A stretch of DNA of 60,562 nucleotides. Origin: a virus. Where the stretch lies: the IMG/VR virus record IMGVR_UViG_3300034096_001198, positions 1-60,562 of that record. One strand, written 5' to 3'. The notes beneath the pieces were generated by a model. The model did not search any database. It saw only the letters and a program-made list of their open reading frames with translations, and was not told the origin of the DNA. Below, piece by piece: positions 36,571-46,199 of the stretch (within the stretch, counting starts at the first letter, position 1; each line of letters opens with the position of its first letter). The translations under genes and the position numbers were made by a program.

Positions 36571-36850
36571 TTCCGTTGTTATAAGAATATCAACACATAG
36601 ATTATATCAAAAAATATTTTGATTTTTATATCTCTTTAATACAGAATCAAAATATTTTTTTGATTTACCTGTTGCCAATTGCTCCTGATAATGGATTTAA
36701 TTTGCCAATGCGTATTCTAATATTGCCTGATAATCAGGAAAGTGATAGGCTATTTGACCCCCAAGGAGTGAGGAGAGTTCTTTTAGTGCGGATGCGTATC
36801 CATCCTTTGTTGGTGAATTCATTTTTTATTAATGTTTACTCATGGGATTA

Positions 36851-36881
36851 AACCCTCTAAATATTTTAGAGGGTTATTTTT
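36851..36881. terminator. Terminator AACCCTCTAAA...TTTAGAGGGTTATTTTTT
   Basis: 11-bp stem plus T tract. Confidence 0.7.
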
Positions 36882-37062
36882 TGATTATAGGGATAGGGAT
36901 GTTGATTTTGTATCAGGGGGATACAAAATCAAAAATAATTAAAGTTATGGCTTGACATTCTAAGAAGTGGGGGTTAATGTAGAGAAAAGGCAAGGGCAGA
37001 GTCCTGATTTCGCGGTCTAACTCCACCCTTGCAGTGAACAAGTCACTTGAGAGGATCTTACC

Positions 37063-39000
37063 ATGTCACTGAATAGCAAGCGTTGTCCATTAGCCGTCCG
37101 AGTCCGCAACAGTCAAACCCTTGAAGAAGCTCTTTTTGAAGAAGGAGTTGCTCTTGAATCCGGACGACTGGAAATCATCTTCAATACCAACACCCGCGAA
37201 CTAACGTGGGAAGAAGTCGAATACATACAATCACTTTTTACAGCACCTAATTTTCGATGGGAGTCAAAATCTTTTGATGTTGAAATCTTTGAACAATTAA
37301 TTAAAGATAAGTCGAGAGGGGCGCGGTTTATCGCCTATCAGGTAGTAGAAGCCGAGAAGCAAGACAAGCAATTTGACATGACACAAACCCGAAAAGATTG
37401 GGCTGCAACCAAAGAGCTTCGGCGTTGGGCAAAGTCCCGAACTGAAGATTTAGCCCTTTGTGGTTTGGGTTATAAAAAAGTTTTAACAACTAATGGGTGG
37501 GAACCACTATCTCGTCACGTCAACAGTTACACAGGCGAAAAAGAGGAAGACTGCGAACAAATCCGTTTTGCTGTGGATACCGGAACGTTGTTAGGTTTGG
37601 GCATCCGCTTTGACTGGCAAGCCGAGCGATTTCTGAACCTCTACAAAGAGGTAATGAACTCCAAGAGGTCATGGGGTAGTTGCTATCAGGTTGACCATGC
37701 GAAAGTATTGGCGATCGCAACAACGCCAAACTACAATAAACTCCCGTTATGGGTTAAAAAGCAATTAGTTCAAGCCGATGCGTTTGAAGTTAACTCCGAA
37801 CGAGTTGGCAATATTTGGCGGCTTCGAGACTGCGCCCGTGCATGGAAATGGTGTGGCGATCTACCAAAAGGAATTGCCGAACGTATTGGACGGATGCCAG
37901 TTAAAAGCCGTTTCTTGGCTAAATTGGCATGGGAGGAAATCAATCAAGGCGTTAGCACTGGATGGAAAGGTTATCACTCCCTAGGATGGAAGTCCGCATG
38001 GCGTGGGGAAACTTACAACCGCCATGAATTGACAGCAGCTTTTTGGGCAAAATTCCGAGAATTGTCTCGGATGCCATTTGTTGAACTATTACCTTTGTTT
38101 ATGGTTTACGGTAATGGCAACCGAGACACCAAAAAATATTATCAAACACTTTTAGAAGTAGTGTTAGAACTCCCTTATCAAACACTGCCCTGGACTTGTT
38201 TAAATCGTCGGGACAATCAAGACAGTTTGCTATTGGGGTTAGCTGATTATCTCTCCCCTCAGCAAGCCTGCAAACACCTTTTTGGAGTGTCAGGAAAAGC
38301 CACTCTCAAGGCTTTTCAACAGTCCCAACCCGAAGCCCGTCAATGGGCGGTGGTGTTGGCTCATGGCAATGCTGATTTACTTCAAAAATATTTCACCGTG
38401 ACTAATTGTATTGAGTTTGAGGAGGATGCGATCGCATTCCTCAAATCACTATCTCCAGAAGCAGCTTTGCGGATGATTCAAACTACTGAGTTTAAAGTCC
38501 GTGGGGAGGTTCATCCAGTGGACTCAAATACAGTCCGAGACACGGGTTATTTGTTCAAGCGATTAGAAGATAACGGTGGCGTTCCTAACTTGGGGCGGGT
38601 GCGTTGTTGGTTATCCGTTCATGAACAGTTAGCTAAGGAATACGTCAACCGACTCCCTGATTTCCCCCTAAAAGTTAACCCCGACTTCCAACGGGTGCAA
38701 GGACTGTGTTCTGTTGACGGTTCTTGGGAGATTGAGATCCCAACTTGTAACGCGCAGTTAAAACTATGGGGTCAACAGTTATCCCACTGCGTCGGCGGCT
38801 ATGGGGAAGCTGTTAACTCCGGTCGGTCAATCATTTTGGCTATCCGAGAATACGGTCGTGTTACCTATACCGTTGAAATGGTCAAAGCAGGCAACTCCTA
38901 CGCTTGTCAGCAGTTCTATGGATATCGCAACAACAGCGCACCTAAAGAACTTCGAGGCTCCGTCTTGGATGCCTTGTCTCAAGCAAACCTCTGTAAATAA
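37063..39000 (+). CDS. PcfJ-like domain protein
   Basis: C-terminal IPTCNAQLKLWGQQLSHCVGGYGEAVNSGRSIILAIREYGRVTYTVEM motif. Confidence 0.75.
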   Translation: MSLNSKRCPLAVRVRNSQTLEEALFEEGVALESGRLEIIFNTNTRELTWEEVEYIQSLFTAPNFRWESKSFDVEIFEQLIKDKSRGARFIAYQVVEAEKQDKQFDMTQTRKDWAATKELRRWAKSRTEDLALCGLGYKKVLTTNGWEPLSRHVNSYTGEKEEDCEQIRFAVDTGTLLGLGIRFDWQAERFLNLYKEVMNSKRSWGSCYQVDHAKVLAIATTPNYNKLPLWVKKQLVQADAFEVNSERVGNIWRLRDCARAWKWCGDLPKGIAERIGRMPVKSRFLAKLAWEEINQGVSTGWKGYHSLGWKSAWRGETYNRHELTAAFWAKFRELSRMPFVELLPLFMVYGNGNRDTKKYYQTLLEVVLELPYQTLPWTCLNRRDNQDSLLLGLADYLSPQQACKHLFGVSGKATLKAFQQSQPEARQWAVVLAHGNADLLQKYFTVTNCIEFEEDAIAFLKSLSPEAALRMIQTTEFKVRGEVHPVDSNTVRDTGYLFKRLEDNGGVPNLGRVRCWLSVHEQLAKEYVNRLPDFPLKVNPDFQRVQGLCSVDGSWEIEIPTCNAQLKLWGQQLSHCVGGYGEAVNSGRSIILAIREYGRVTYTVEMVKAGNSYACQQFYGYRNNSAPKELRGSVLDALSQANLCK

Positions 39001-39011
39001 GGAAAACTCCA

Positions 39012-39104
39012 ATGACAAATCAAATCATTTCAATCGTTCTCGAATCTCTGTTAGGTGCTGGCTGTGGCATCCTCGCAGCCTATTTACTCCGCAAATTCAA
39101 TTAA
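39012..39104 (+). CDS. 30-aa hydrophobic peptide
   Basis: MTNQIISIVLESLLGAGCGILAAYLLRKFN, one TM helix; not in the supplied track. Confidence 0.4.
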   Translation: MTNQIISIVLESLLGAGCGILAAYLLRKFN

Positions 39105-39117
39105 AAAGGAAACCACC

Positions 39118-39471
39118 ATGAATATTGACAATTACTCGGAAATCTTAAAACAAGCGTTTGAATTAGGAAAAGCCAATCACCCCGATGCACCGAATCAACA
39201 TCATTGTGCATTTGCCAACTCCGTCGCCTGTTTTGTGACGGGAGCGAGTGGGGGATATGGGGGGCCGTCAGTCCGTGAGCATACATCCGAAAGAATGGGA
39301 AGCCGCGAAAAACGAATGGGGGAATGGAGTTTTGAAGATGCTGTCAAATTTTGTGAGTCGATATGCTATGGGGAATTGACCGACTACCATAAGGAAGTTT
39401 TCAAGATGGAGTATTGCTTTGATGATACGAAGGAGGATCTGGAAATTCTCCAGGGTCAGTTTCCTTCCTAG
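39118..39471 (+). CDS. Hypothetical protein
   Basis: Internal ATG after AAGGAAACCACC RBS region; MNIDNYSEILKQAFELGKANHPDAP. Confidence 0.55.
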   Translation: MNIDNYSEILKQAFELGKANHPDAPNQHHCAFANSVACFVTGASGGYGGPSVREHTSERMGSREKRMGEWSFEDAVKFCESICYGELTDYHKEVFKMEYCFDDTKEDLEILQGQFPS

Positions 39472-39631
39472 GCACTGCAAGATTTGTGGGCTATCTCTAT
39501 CCCCTCAAAATCGTTCAGGGTATTGCAAACAACACCGAGAGCATAATCCTGAACGCAAGAAAAGAAAAACCCACAAATATAGACACAGATAATTTTAAAC
39601 CCTCTAAATATTTAGAGGGTTTATTTTTTGA

Positions 39632-40153
39632 TTAGCTCATGCTCAATATAAACGCCTCTTGTTCCTCAATGACTCGCCATTCCTGTCTATCTTCTTCGAG
39701 CCAATTGATATTTTTAGCTAATTCGGCACAGTACATCGCCCGTTTTTGTTCAACAGTCCATCTAGGGAGCGCGAAGGCATCCGTAAACAGATCCGCGTCG
39801 GATGATAAGGACTGATAAGCTAACAACGCCACGGCTTTCATTTTGCCCTGTTGCGCGGCGTAAATCTTGAGCCGTTGCCAGTCCGAGAGGGAGATCGTCG
39901 TTGCCTTTGTGCCACCGCCGTTGATGGAATCTAGTTCTGCCTCAACCGGTAAGCCGGTATAACCTATACCCTGAAGGGCTTTGAGTGTTCTCCCTTTTTT
40001 ATCAGTAAGTCGGTATAGCCAGTTTTCCGCATACCCTAAAGCCAAACTCGCCCCAACCATCCCAACTCGGAACTCGCCATTGGGCATCATGTACCCATCA
40101 ACAGAAATTCCTTCTACATATTCGATAGTCGCCCGTTGTGATTTAATTGTCAT
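39632..40153 (-). CDS. Hypothetical protein
   Basis: 173-aa ORF. Confidence 0.6.
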   Translation of the reverse strand: MTIKSQRATIEYVEGISVDGYMMPNGEFRVGMVGASLALGYAENWLYRLTDKKGRTLKALQGIGYTGLPVEAELDSINGGGTKATTISLSDWQRLKIYAAQQGKMKAVALLAYQSLSSDADLFTDAFALPRWTVEQKRAMYCAELAKNINWLEEDRQEWRVIEEQEAFILSMS

Positions 40154-40398
40154 TGTGACTATTTCCTTAATTAATGGTTACGGCTCCTGGGTGCGACGAA
40201 CACCGCGAGGAGCATTTCTATTATTAATTATATCAATATTTTATTAGTTTGTCTGTTAATTAAGCCACGTCAAACAAACTTAATTGCTTAAATTCCGGTT
40301 GTTTTAACTCCATGATTTCTAACTCTGTTTCTGAATATTCCCTGGGTTGGGAGATGCGATCGTGTGATACAATATAATCAGATTATTGGGTAACAACA

Positions 40399-41042
40399 CA
40401 ATGGAATATTATTTTGACACCGAGTTTATTGAAGACGGAAAAACCATTGACTTAATTTCTATTGGGATTGTCGCGGCTGATGGTAGAGAATATTATGCAA
40501 TCAATGAAGACTGTGATTTTTCTAAAGCCCATCCTTGGGTTAAAGAGAATGTAATTACTCAACTACCAGAAAAACACCCTCAACCGCCACGGGAAAACGG
40601 ATCTTCAGATAAGTGGGAAAAATCAAAACTATGGAAACCTAAAAGTCAAATTAAAGAAGATGTTGCTTTATTCCTTGGTTGTCGCCACTCATTCTACATT
40701 CCCAACCCTAAAAACTGGATCGAAAAACAATACTGGAAACTTCCTTTTGTAAATATAGAAACTAAAGTTGAATATATACTAGAAAAAGACACACCTCAAC
40801 CTGAAATTTGGGCTTATTATGCCGATTATGATTGGGTTGCCTTCTGTCAACTGTTCGGCACTATGATGGATTTACCAAAAGGGTTTCCCATGTACTGCCG
40901 AGATATAAAACAACTCTGTGATGAACTTGGCAATCCAGAAATACCAAAGGACAGAATAGAACACAATGCCCTAGATGATGCCAGATGGGTTAGAAAAGCC
41001 CATTTGTGGTTAAGAGATTATCAAATCAATGGAGTCCGGTGA
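40399..41042 (+). CDS. DEDD-type 3'-5' exoribonuclease
   Basis: YYFDTEFIEDGKTIDLISIGIV; NALDDARWVRKAHLWL. Confidence 0.8.
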
Positions 41043-41533
41043 TACAGCAAATAACAGGATTCACAAGACAAGAAACAATTCAATTAACTAACTGCACATC
41101 CAGTCGGATTGCTTATCTGGAAAAGATGGAGTTAATAATTCCCACTCGGTACGGGGCAATTGGAGGCAAGCCAACGGTTATATTTAGCTATGGGCAATTG
41201 CTAGGGATTCAGGCTATTCGAGAATTAAGACTAGAGGATGTTCCATTGCCAACGGTAAAAAGACTCATTACCTTTTTGGAAAATGCCAGTTATGCCGATA
41301 TTTCAAAAGATAAATTATTGATCGCAATGAACGATGATATTTTTTGGACTCAGAAAGATTGGTCTGATTTTGCCAACAATATGCCAAAAAGCCTCAAGAA
41401 AGCCAGTAAGGAGAATAAGAATATTTCTTGGTACATATTGATAGTGATTCCTATGGGAGATATTATTGATGAAATTTTTAATACAGCTAAAAAAATCAAT
41501 TTTCAGGATTTCCAACAGAGAATAACTTGCTAA
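41006..41533 (+). CDS. MerR-like HTH protein
   Basis: FTRQETIQLTNCTSSRIAYLEKMELIIPTRYG...YSYGQLLGIQAIRELR. Confidence 0.7.
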   Translation: MVKRLSNQWSPVIQQITGFTRQETIQLTNCTSSRIAYLEKMELIIPTRYGAIGGKPTVIFSYGQLLGIQAIRELRLEDVPLPTVKRLITFLENASYADISKDKLLIAMNDDIFWTQKDWSDFANNMPKSLKKASKENKNISWYILIVIPMGDIIDEIFNTAKKINFQDFQQRITC

Positions 41534-41708
41534 ACTTCAAAACAATCACCGTGAATAATTTGATTAAGCATAATAATATTAATTGCCATTACCTATTTAT
41601 ATTATAATACAAACCCAATATCTTCACCAATAAAAATAACCCAATAATCAATAAGATTCCTGGGTCAGTATCGTCCAATTTCAATCAGTGTGCATCATTA
41701 TTATAACA

Positions 41709-42134
41709 TCATATTTCATAATCAATCATTGCCGAAACCAAAGGTTTTCTTTCTGGAAACAGGTCTTTAATTGACTCTACAGCATCAACATAACACTGAC
41801 CGAGATATGTTCCATTATCCGTAAAACTATCGCGGGTCTCGGCAACAGCCCACCATCCAGACCGACTTCTGAATTCGACATACCAATAACCATATTGAGT
41901 CCCCTCTCCTGTTGTTTGGGATATTAAATTATTTAATTGTTCCGTTCTTGTTCGCATTCGCAACATCATTTCCTCTCTAATTTTCCCTTGAAGTTCCCAG
42001 ATATCTTTTTTTATAATGTCGTCCATCTGATTAGCTAATCTCATTTTATGCCGTGAATCCGTAACATCCTCGTATTCGCTTATTAACATTTGCAACGACC
42101 TAATATCCATGTCATCCCACCTCAAAAGTAACAA
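41709..42134 (-). CDS. Hypothetical protein
   Basis: 141-aa ORF. Confidence 0.5.
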   Translation of the reverse strand: MLLLRWDDMDIRSLQMLISEYEDVTDSRHKMRLANQMDDIIKKDIWELQGKIREEMMLRMRTRTEQLNNLISQTTGEGTQYGYWYVEFRSRSGWWAVAETRDSFTDNGTYLGQCYVDAVESIKDLFPERKPLVSAMIDYEI

Positions 42135-42342
42135 CGTTCCACTTTAATTCTACCTGTTCCCTAATCCATTTATCCATACACGAATTAACAAAAACTTGAT
42201 AATCTCCCCTAGAATTTAGCCAAAGTTTAGGGTATTTATCCTTCAATTCCTTAATCGTGAAAATCTCCTCAGATGCCGTTACCTCCCTGTTGAGTGCTAT
42301 TAACTTAATTATAGTAGAATTTTTCATAATAAAAAGGATTCT

Positions 42343-42747
42343 TTATTGGTCAGGATGGTGTTTAACACTTTTTTTAAACTTATTAATAACTGCAATAGCT
42401 TTTTTATATTCTAAATTCAACTTCTGATTTTTTTCTTGTAATTCAGCTATTTGATTACTAATACTTGAATTACTCTGCTCTTGTAATATGGTTAACTTTT
42501 CCTTTAAGTTAATATTCTCGGTTTCGATTTTGCGAAGATTGGTTTCTCTGTATTCAATCTCCCTTTCAAGAGTCTTAATTTTCCCTTGAAGTTCCACAAT
42601 TATTTTAGCATTTTTAATATCAAAAATTCGATTAATAGCAATCCCGATCACGCTACTACCACTCAATAAAATACCAGTGAACCCCAAGACAGTTTGGACG
42701 GTTTGGTCTGGTGGTGTGGTTGTAGTAATCTGAAGAAAGGTCAACAT
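42343..42747 (-). CDS. TM plus coiled-coil protein (holin/spanin-like candidate)
   Basis: N-terminal TM segment followed by a long coiled coil. Confidence 0.45.
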   Translation of the reverse strand: MLTFLQITTTTPPDQTVQTVLGFTGILLSGSSVIGIAINRIFDIKNAKIIVELQGKIKTLEREIEYRETNLRKIETENINLKEKLTILQEQSNSSISNQIAELQEKNQKLNLEYKKAIAVINKFKKSVKHHPDQ

Positions 42748-42748
42748 A

Positions 42749-43252
42749 TTAGGACTTATAGGTATACTTTATAGATAACACAATTCCCACAAGAGTTGAG
42801 AAAAAATTCCCGCAAATTAAAGCAGAAATATTCCCGTTTTGTTCAATTCCTATGGCTCCAAAAAAACCGAGAACAAACAAAACTGAAAGGATGTGGCAGA
42901 TATTCAATAGCAAATAGCAAGCCACCCAAACCGGAGAACTAACATAATGATTTTTTTTCAACTTATAAACAAATACCCAACAAATCACACCGCTAATCCC
43001 CACCCCCAACATAAAGGCGTTCAGGAAGTCGATGCTTTCGTTTACGAAATAAATGGAAGTTTTTGGCGGGGTAAATATCACCCCAAAAAACCCCAATAAA
43101 ATCATCACCAAGAAATGATGATTAAAAAACAATGCCTGACCGACATACTTAATCTTAAAAACTGGTTTACTGTTGTATCTCTCGTATTCAATCAACGTCG
43201 GGAAAGTCCTGTTTTTTTCTCTTTCTTTCCTTGAGTTTTTTGTTCCGTTCAT
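42749..43252 (-). CDS. Multi-pass membrane protein
   Basis: Four hydrophobic segments. Confidence 0.5.
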   Translation of the reverse strand: MNGTKNSRKEREKNRTFPTLIEYERYNSKPVFKIKYVGQALFFNHHFLVMILLGFFGVIFTPPKTSIYFVNESIDFLNAFMLGVGISGVICWVFVYKLKKNHYVSSPVWVACYLLLNICHILSVLFVLGFFGAIGIEQNGNISALICGNFFSTLVGIVLSIKYTYKS

Positions 43253-43523
43253 AGTAATGCTCCCACACCAAAAACAACGATAGAAAACTGATAAAAACCT
43301 GAATAACTAAAGTCGAAACCTTGATATATCCAAATTTTTGATAGCCAAATTTATTTAAACTATCAAATATCAGCATTATACCACTGTTAATCAATAGCGT
43401 TGAACTCAAGTATTTATTTAATTTTCTATCATCAAAAAATAAGAAGATGCCATTAACAATAGAAATTAGTCCGGCAAAAAATAGCAGGAGAATATAGCCA
43501 GAATTGTCGATTGTCAATGGCAT
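43188..43523 (-). CDS. Multi-pass membrane protein
   Basis: Three hydrophobic segments with a basic tail. Confidence 0.5.
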   Translation of the reverse strand: MPLTIDNSGYILLLFFAGLISIVNGIFLFFDDRKLNKYLSSTLLINSGIMLIFDSLNKFGYQKFGYIKVSTLVIQVFISFLSLFLVWEHYYERNKKLKERKRKKQDFPDVD

Positions 43524-43527
43524 ATTG

Positions 43528-43842
43528 TTATTGTACTAACGGGTCGTTATTCATCGCTTCAAGTACGACTAATTCCGCGTCTAATTTTTCTTGATATTCC
43601 TTCTCAAAGGCATCAATGAAAATAGGGACAAAAGCCTCAATAGCATCGTGCAGCCCTGGATATTTAGCCAACGGAATCCTAATGATTCCGCTTTTATTCG
43701 TTGGGATTGTATGACCCGTTTCATCGTCAACCATGACGATTACATAACAGGCTTCAATATATTCCCTATTAACAATTCCAGTTTGAGGATTTGCAGTTTC
43801 AAACTGTTGACGATAGACAATTCTATGCTCTTGGTAACTCAT
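43528..43842 (-). CDS. Phage hypothetical protein adjacent to tail fibre
   Basis: 104-aa ORF. Confidence 0.5.
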   Translation of the reverse strand: MSYQEHRIVYRQQFETANPQTGIVNREYIEACYVIVMVDDETGHTIPTNKSGIIRIPLAKYPGLHDAIEAFVPIFIDAFEKEYQEKLDAELVVLEAMNNDPLVQ

Positions 43843-43844
43843 TT

Positions 43845-45581
43845 TTATGCTCCTATTAATCCGTGAGTTGTCAAATCATCAATCAACGCTTTTACTCTTT
43901 CAGCTAATTGTGGAAGAGTTACCGTTGAAGTTGCAAAAGTTGTGCGAGTAGCGGTTCCCGTAGGGGCAGCCCATCCCGTTCTTCGGGCGGAAACAACTTG
44001 ATTAGTCCCAACAACAAAAGACGTTGCTTTTGCCGACCCATTAACATCTAATTGTTGCGATGGGCTAGTAGTACCAATTCCGACATTATCATTATCCAGT
44101 ATGACAAAAGGAATTGATTTAACGTTGCCATTGGAGATATAGGTATATATAGAAAAACAATTCTGACCAAGACCTCCCGCATCTGTTGATTTCATATTAT
44201 AGAGAACGTATGAGGTGCTAAGTCCTGCTTCTGTTTTTCCAAGGTTACTGATTTCGATAGCAGCTGCATACCCCAGACTTCGTAACCTTAAAGCACCCGT
44301 TACAATACCACCAGCCAAAGGAAGGTATGTGTCGGGAAGTCTGGCAGCACTCAAGGTTCCGGTTGAAATATTAGAAGCATTTAAACTGGTTAGTCCGGAG
44401 CCATTCCCGTTCAACGAACCAGCAAAAATCGCTCCCGTAATCCCCAAACTAGCTGCACGAATCGCGCCTGTAGTGGTAGAAGTTGAAGGTGTTGCAGCAG
44501 ACACAATCATATCTGTTGTGGTAATAGTACCCGCCCTTGAAACAGTAAGAGGCCCCCCTAGGTAATTACCATTATCATCTCTCGTTTGAAACTGGAGCGC
44601 CTCCCCATCCACCACCAAATACCATAATTTTTTATTTGTCGGGGCTTTGCTCTCGTTAAGCCATATCGCCGGATAAATACTCGAAACTGTTAATTCACTA
44701 GCTGATACCGTATACGCATTGACATCACCCGTAACCCCTAAACTAGCACCACGAATCGCACCCGTAGTAGGAGAGGTTGATACCGTTGCGCTAGTTGAAA
44801 CCAAGTCCCCTGTGATAGTCCCACCAGTCAGGGGGAGGTAAGCTGCGGGTAATCGGGCTGCGTTGATGGTTCCAGTTGAGATATTTGAAGCATTTAAAGC
44901 TGTTAATGCCGTCCCAACCCCAGAAAAAGAAGTGGCGATCAATGCCCCTGTTAAAGTTCCACCCGCCAATGAAAGATAGGAATTAATATCAATTGAATAA
45001 GTCCCATCCCCTGTTTTTTTTAGGAATCCTGGGGTGTCGGATAGCGATTGAATAGCAATTAATTCGTTGCCGATACTGTTAGTTGAAACCGCAGTTACTT
45101 GACCCTTAGCATTGACAGTAATAGCAGGAATTGAACTAGCACTACCGAAAGAACCAACATTACTATTGACCGTTGCCAGTGTTATCGCACTTGTAACATT
45201 GGCTGAACCATCAAAACTAACTGAATAACTAGCATCCCCCGTTGTTGTAATTGTCCGTGGCGTGGTTAGTTTTAACGCCTCCCCCGCCGTTGCCGAGCTT
45301 GATATTTCAACATAAACAGAACCCGACCATCGGTAGGTTTTGTTGTTATCTTCGGTGACATAAATTTTGCCAGCATCACCCGCAACCGGAAACGCTGCAA
45401 GGTTAGCAAAATTCAAGACATCATCAACATAGGATGGCAAAACCGATGCTGAAATTGTGCCAGACGCGGCGTTAACAGCCGTTAAGATTGTGTTGCTAGA
45501 AGTTAATGATTTTGTGAAATTTGCCACCGTTGGATCGGTTTCAGCTGTAATCACATTCCTAATTAATTGTCCAACGCCCAT
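43845..45581 (-). CDS. Phage tail fibre-like protein
   Basis: Repetitive A/S/T/G-rich beta repeats (LNASNISTGTLSAARLP..LPLTGG); NVGIGTTSPSQQLDVNG. Confidence 0.8.
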   Translation of the reverse strand: MGVGQLIRNVITAETDPTVANFTKSLTSSNTILTAVNAASGTISASVLPSYVDDVLNFANLAAFPVAGDAGKIYVTEDNNKTYRWSGSVYVEISSSATAGEALKLTTPRTITTTGDASYSVSFDGSANVTSAITLATVNSNVGSFGSASSIPAITVNAKGQVTAVSTNSIGNELIAIQSLSDTPGFLKKTGDGTYSIDINSYLSLAGGTLTGALIATSFSGVGTALTALNASNISTGTINAARLPAAYLPLTGGTITGDLVSTSATVSTSPTTGAIRGASLGVTGDVNAYTVSASELTVSSIYPAIWLNESKAPTNKKLWYLVVDGEALQFQTRDDNGNYLGGPLTVSRAGTITTTDMIVSAATPSTSTTTGAIRAASLGITGAIFAGSLNGNGSGLTSLNASNISTGTLSAARLPDTYLPLAGGIVTGALRLRSLGYAAAIEISNLGKTEAGLSTSYVLYNMKSTDAGGLGQNCFSIYTYISNGNVKSIPFVILDNDNVGIGTTSPSQQLDVNGSAKATSFVVGTNQVVSARRTGWAAPTGTATRTTFATSTVTLPQLAERVKALIDDLTTHGLIGA

Positions 45582-46070
45582 CTAAAACCCCCTTATTAGT
45601 TCAACGGATGCCCCTTCTGGAACAATGATTGTGATGGCGGGATGTCGCGCGGGTAAACATGACTCCAAATTCACAATGTCATTAATCCCATTTGTTGCTG
45701 TTTTTGTCAGCCCATTAATCGTTACAGTTCCGGTTAAAATCGTTATGTAGACATAACAACTCCCTGCGGGAATAGTTGTTGTCCCTGCTGTTAAAATCCT
45801 CCAATCTGCTGTTAAGTTGGTCGTGGGCAACTCAACCGGAATCCTGTTATTAGAAAGACTGGGAATCTTGGCGTTTACTGCTTCAAGGGTTGTTTCTTTA
45901 GCTAAGCCAGAGACATCTGTAGACCCCCCTCCCCCTCCCCCTACGCCTTCACTCGATATAGCACGATAAACCTCCCAGTAGGGAAGTGTCTGTGCAGGGT
46001 GTTCCAGTGCTTCTATTTGCTCTCTAATTAAAGCAGCCGCATCCGCTTGTTGTGTACTAATATCAGGCAT
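45582..46070 (-). CDS. Tail-associated hypothetical protein
   Basis: Abuts the fibre gene. Confidence 0.5.
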   Translation of the reverse strand: MPDISTQQADAAALIREQIEALEHPAQTLPYWEVYRAISSEGVGGGGGGSTDVSGLAKETTLEAVNAKIPSLSNNRIPVELPTTNLTADWRILTAGTTTIPAGSCYVYITILTGTVTINGLTKTATNGINDIVNLESCLPARHPAITIIVPEGASVELIRGF

Positions 46071-46199
46071 TTTTCATAAAAATAAGTATTTATAAATAAT
46101 TTTAACCCCTCTTTTATTGATTGCATTTTCAATTTAAGAAATTCCCACAAGAAGTGTGATTAGCACTTGACATATAGCGGGTCGGAGTATTTCACGAAA

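Noticed and set aside
44215-44565. Plus-strand ORF inside the tail-fibre gene
   Set aside because: Mirror frame of a repetitive coding sequence, not independent.
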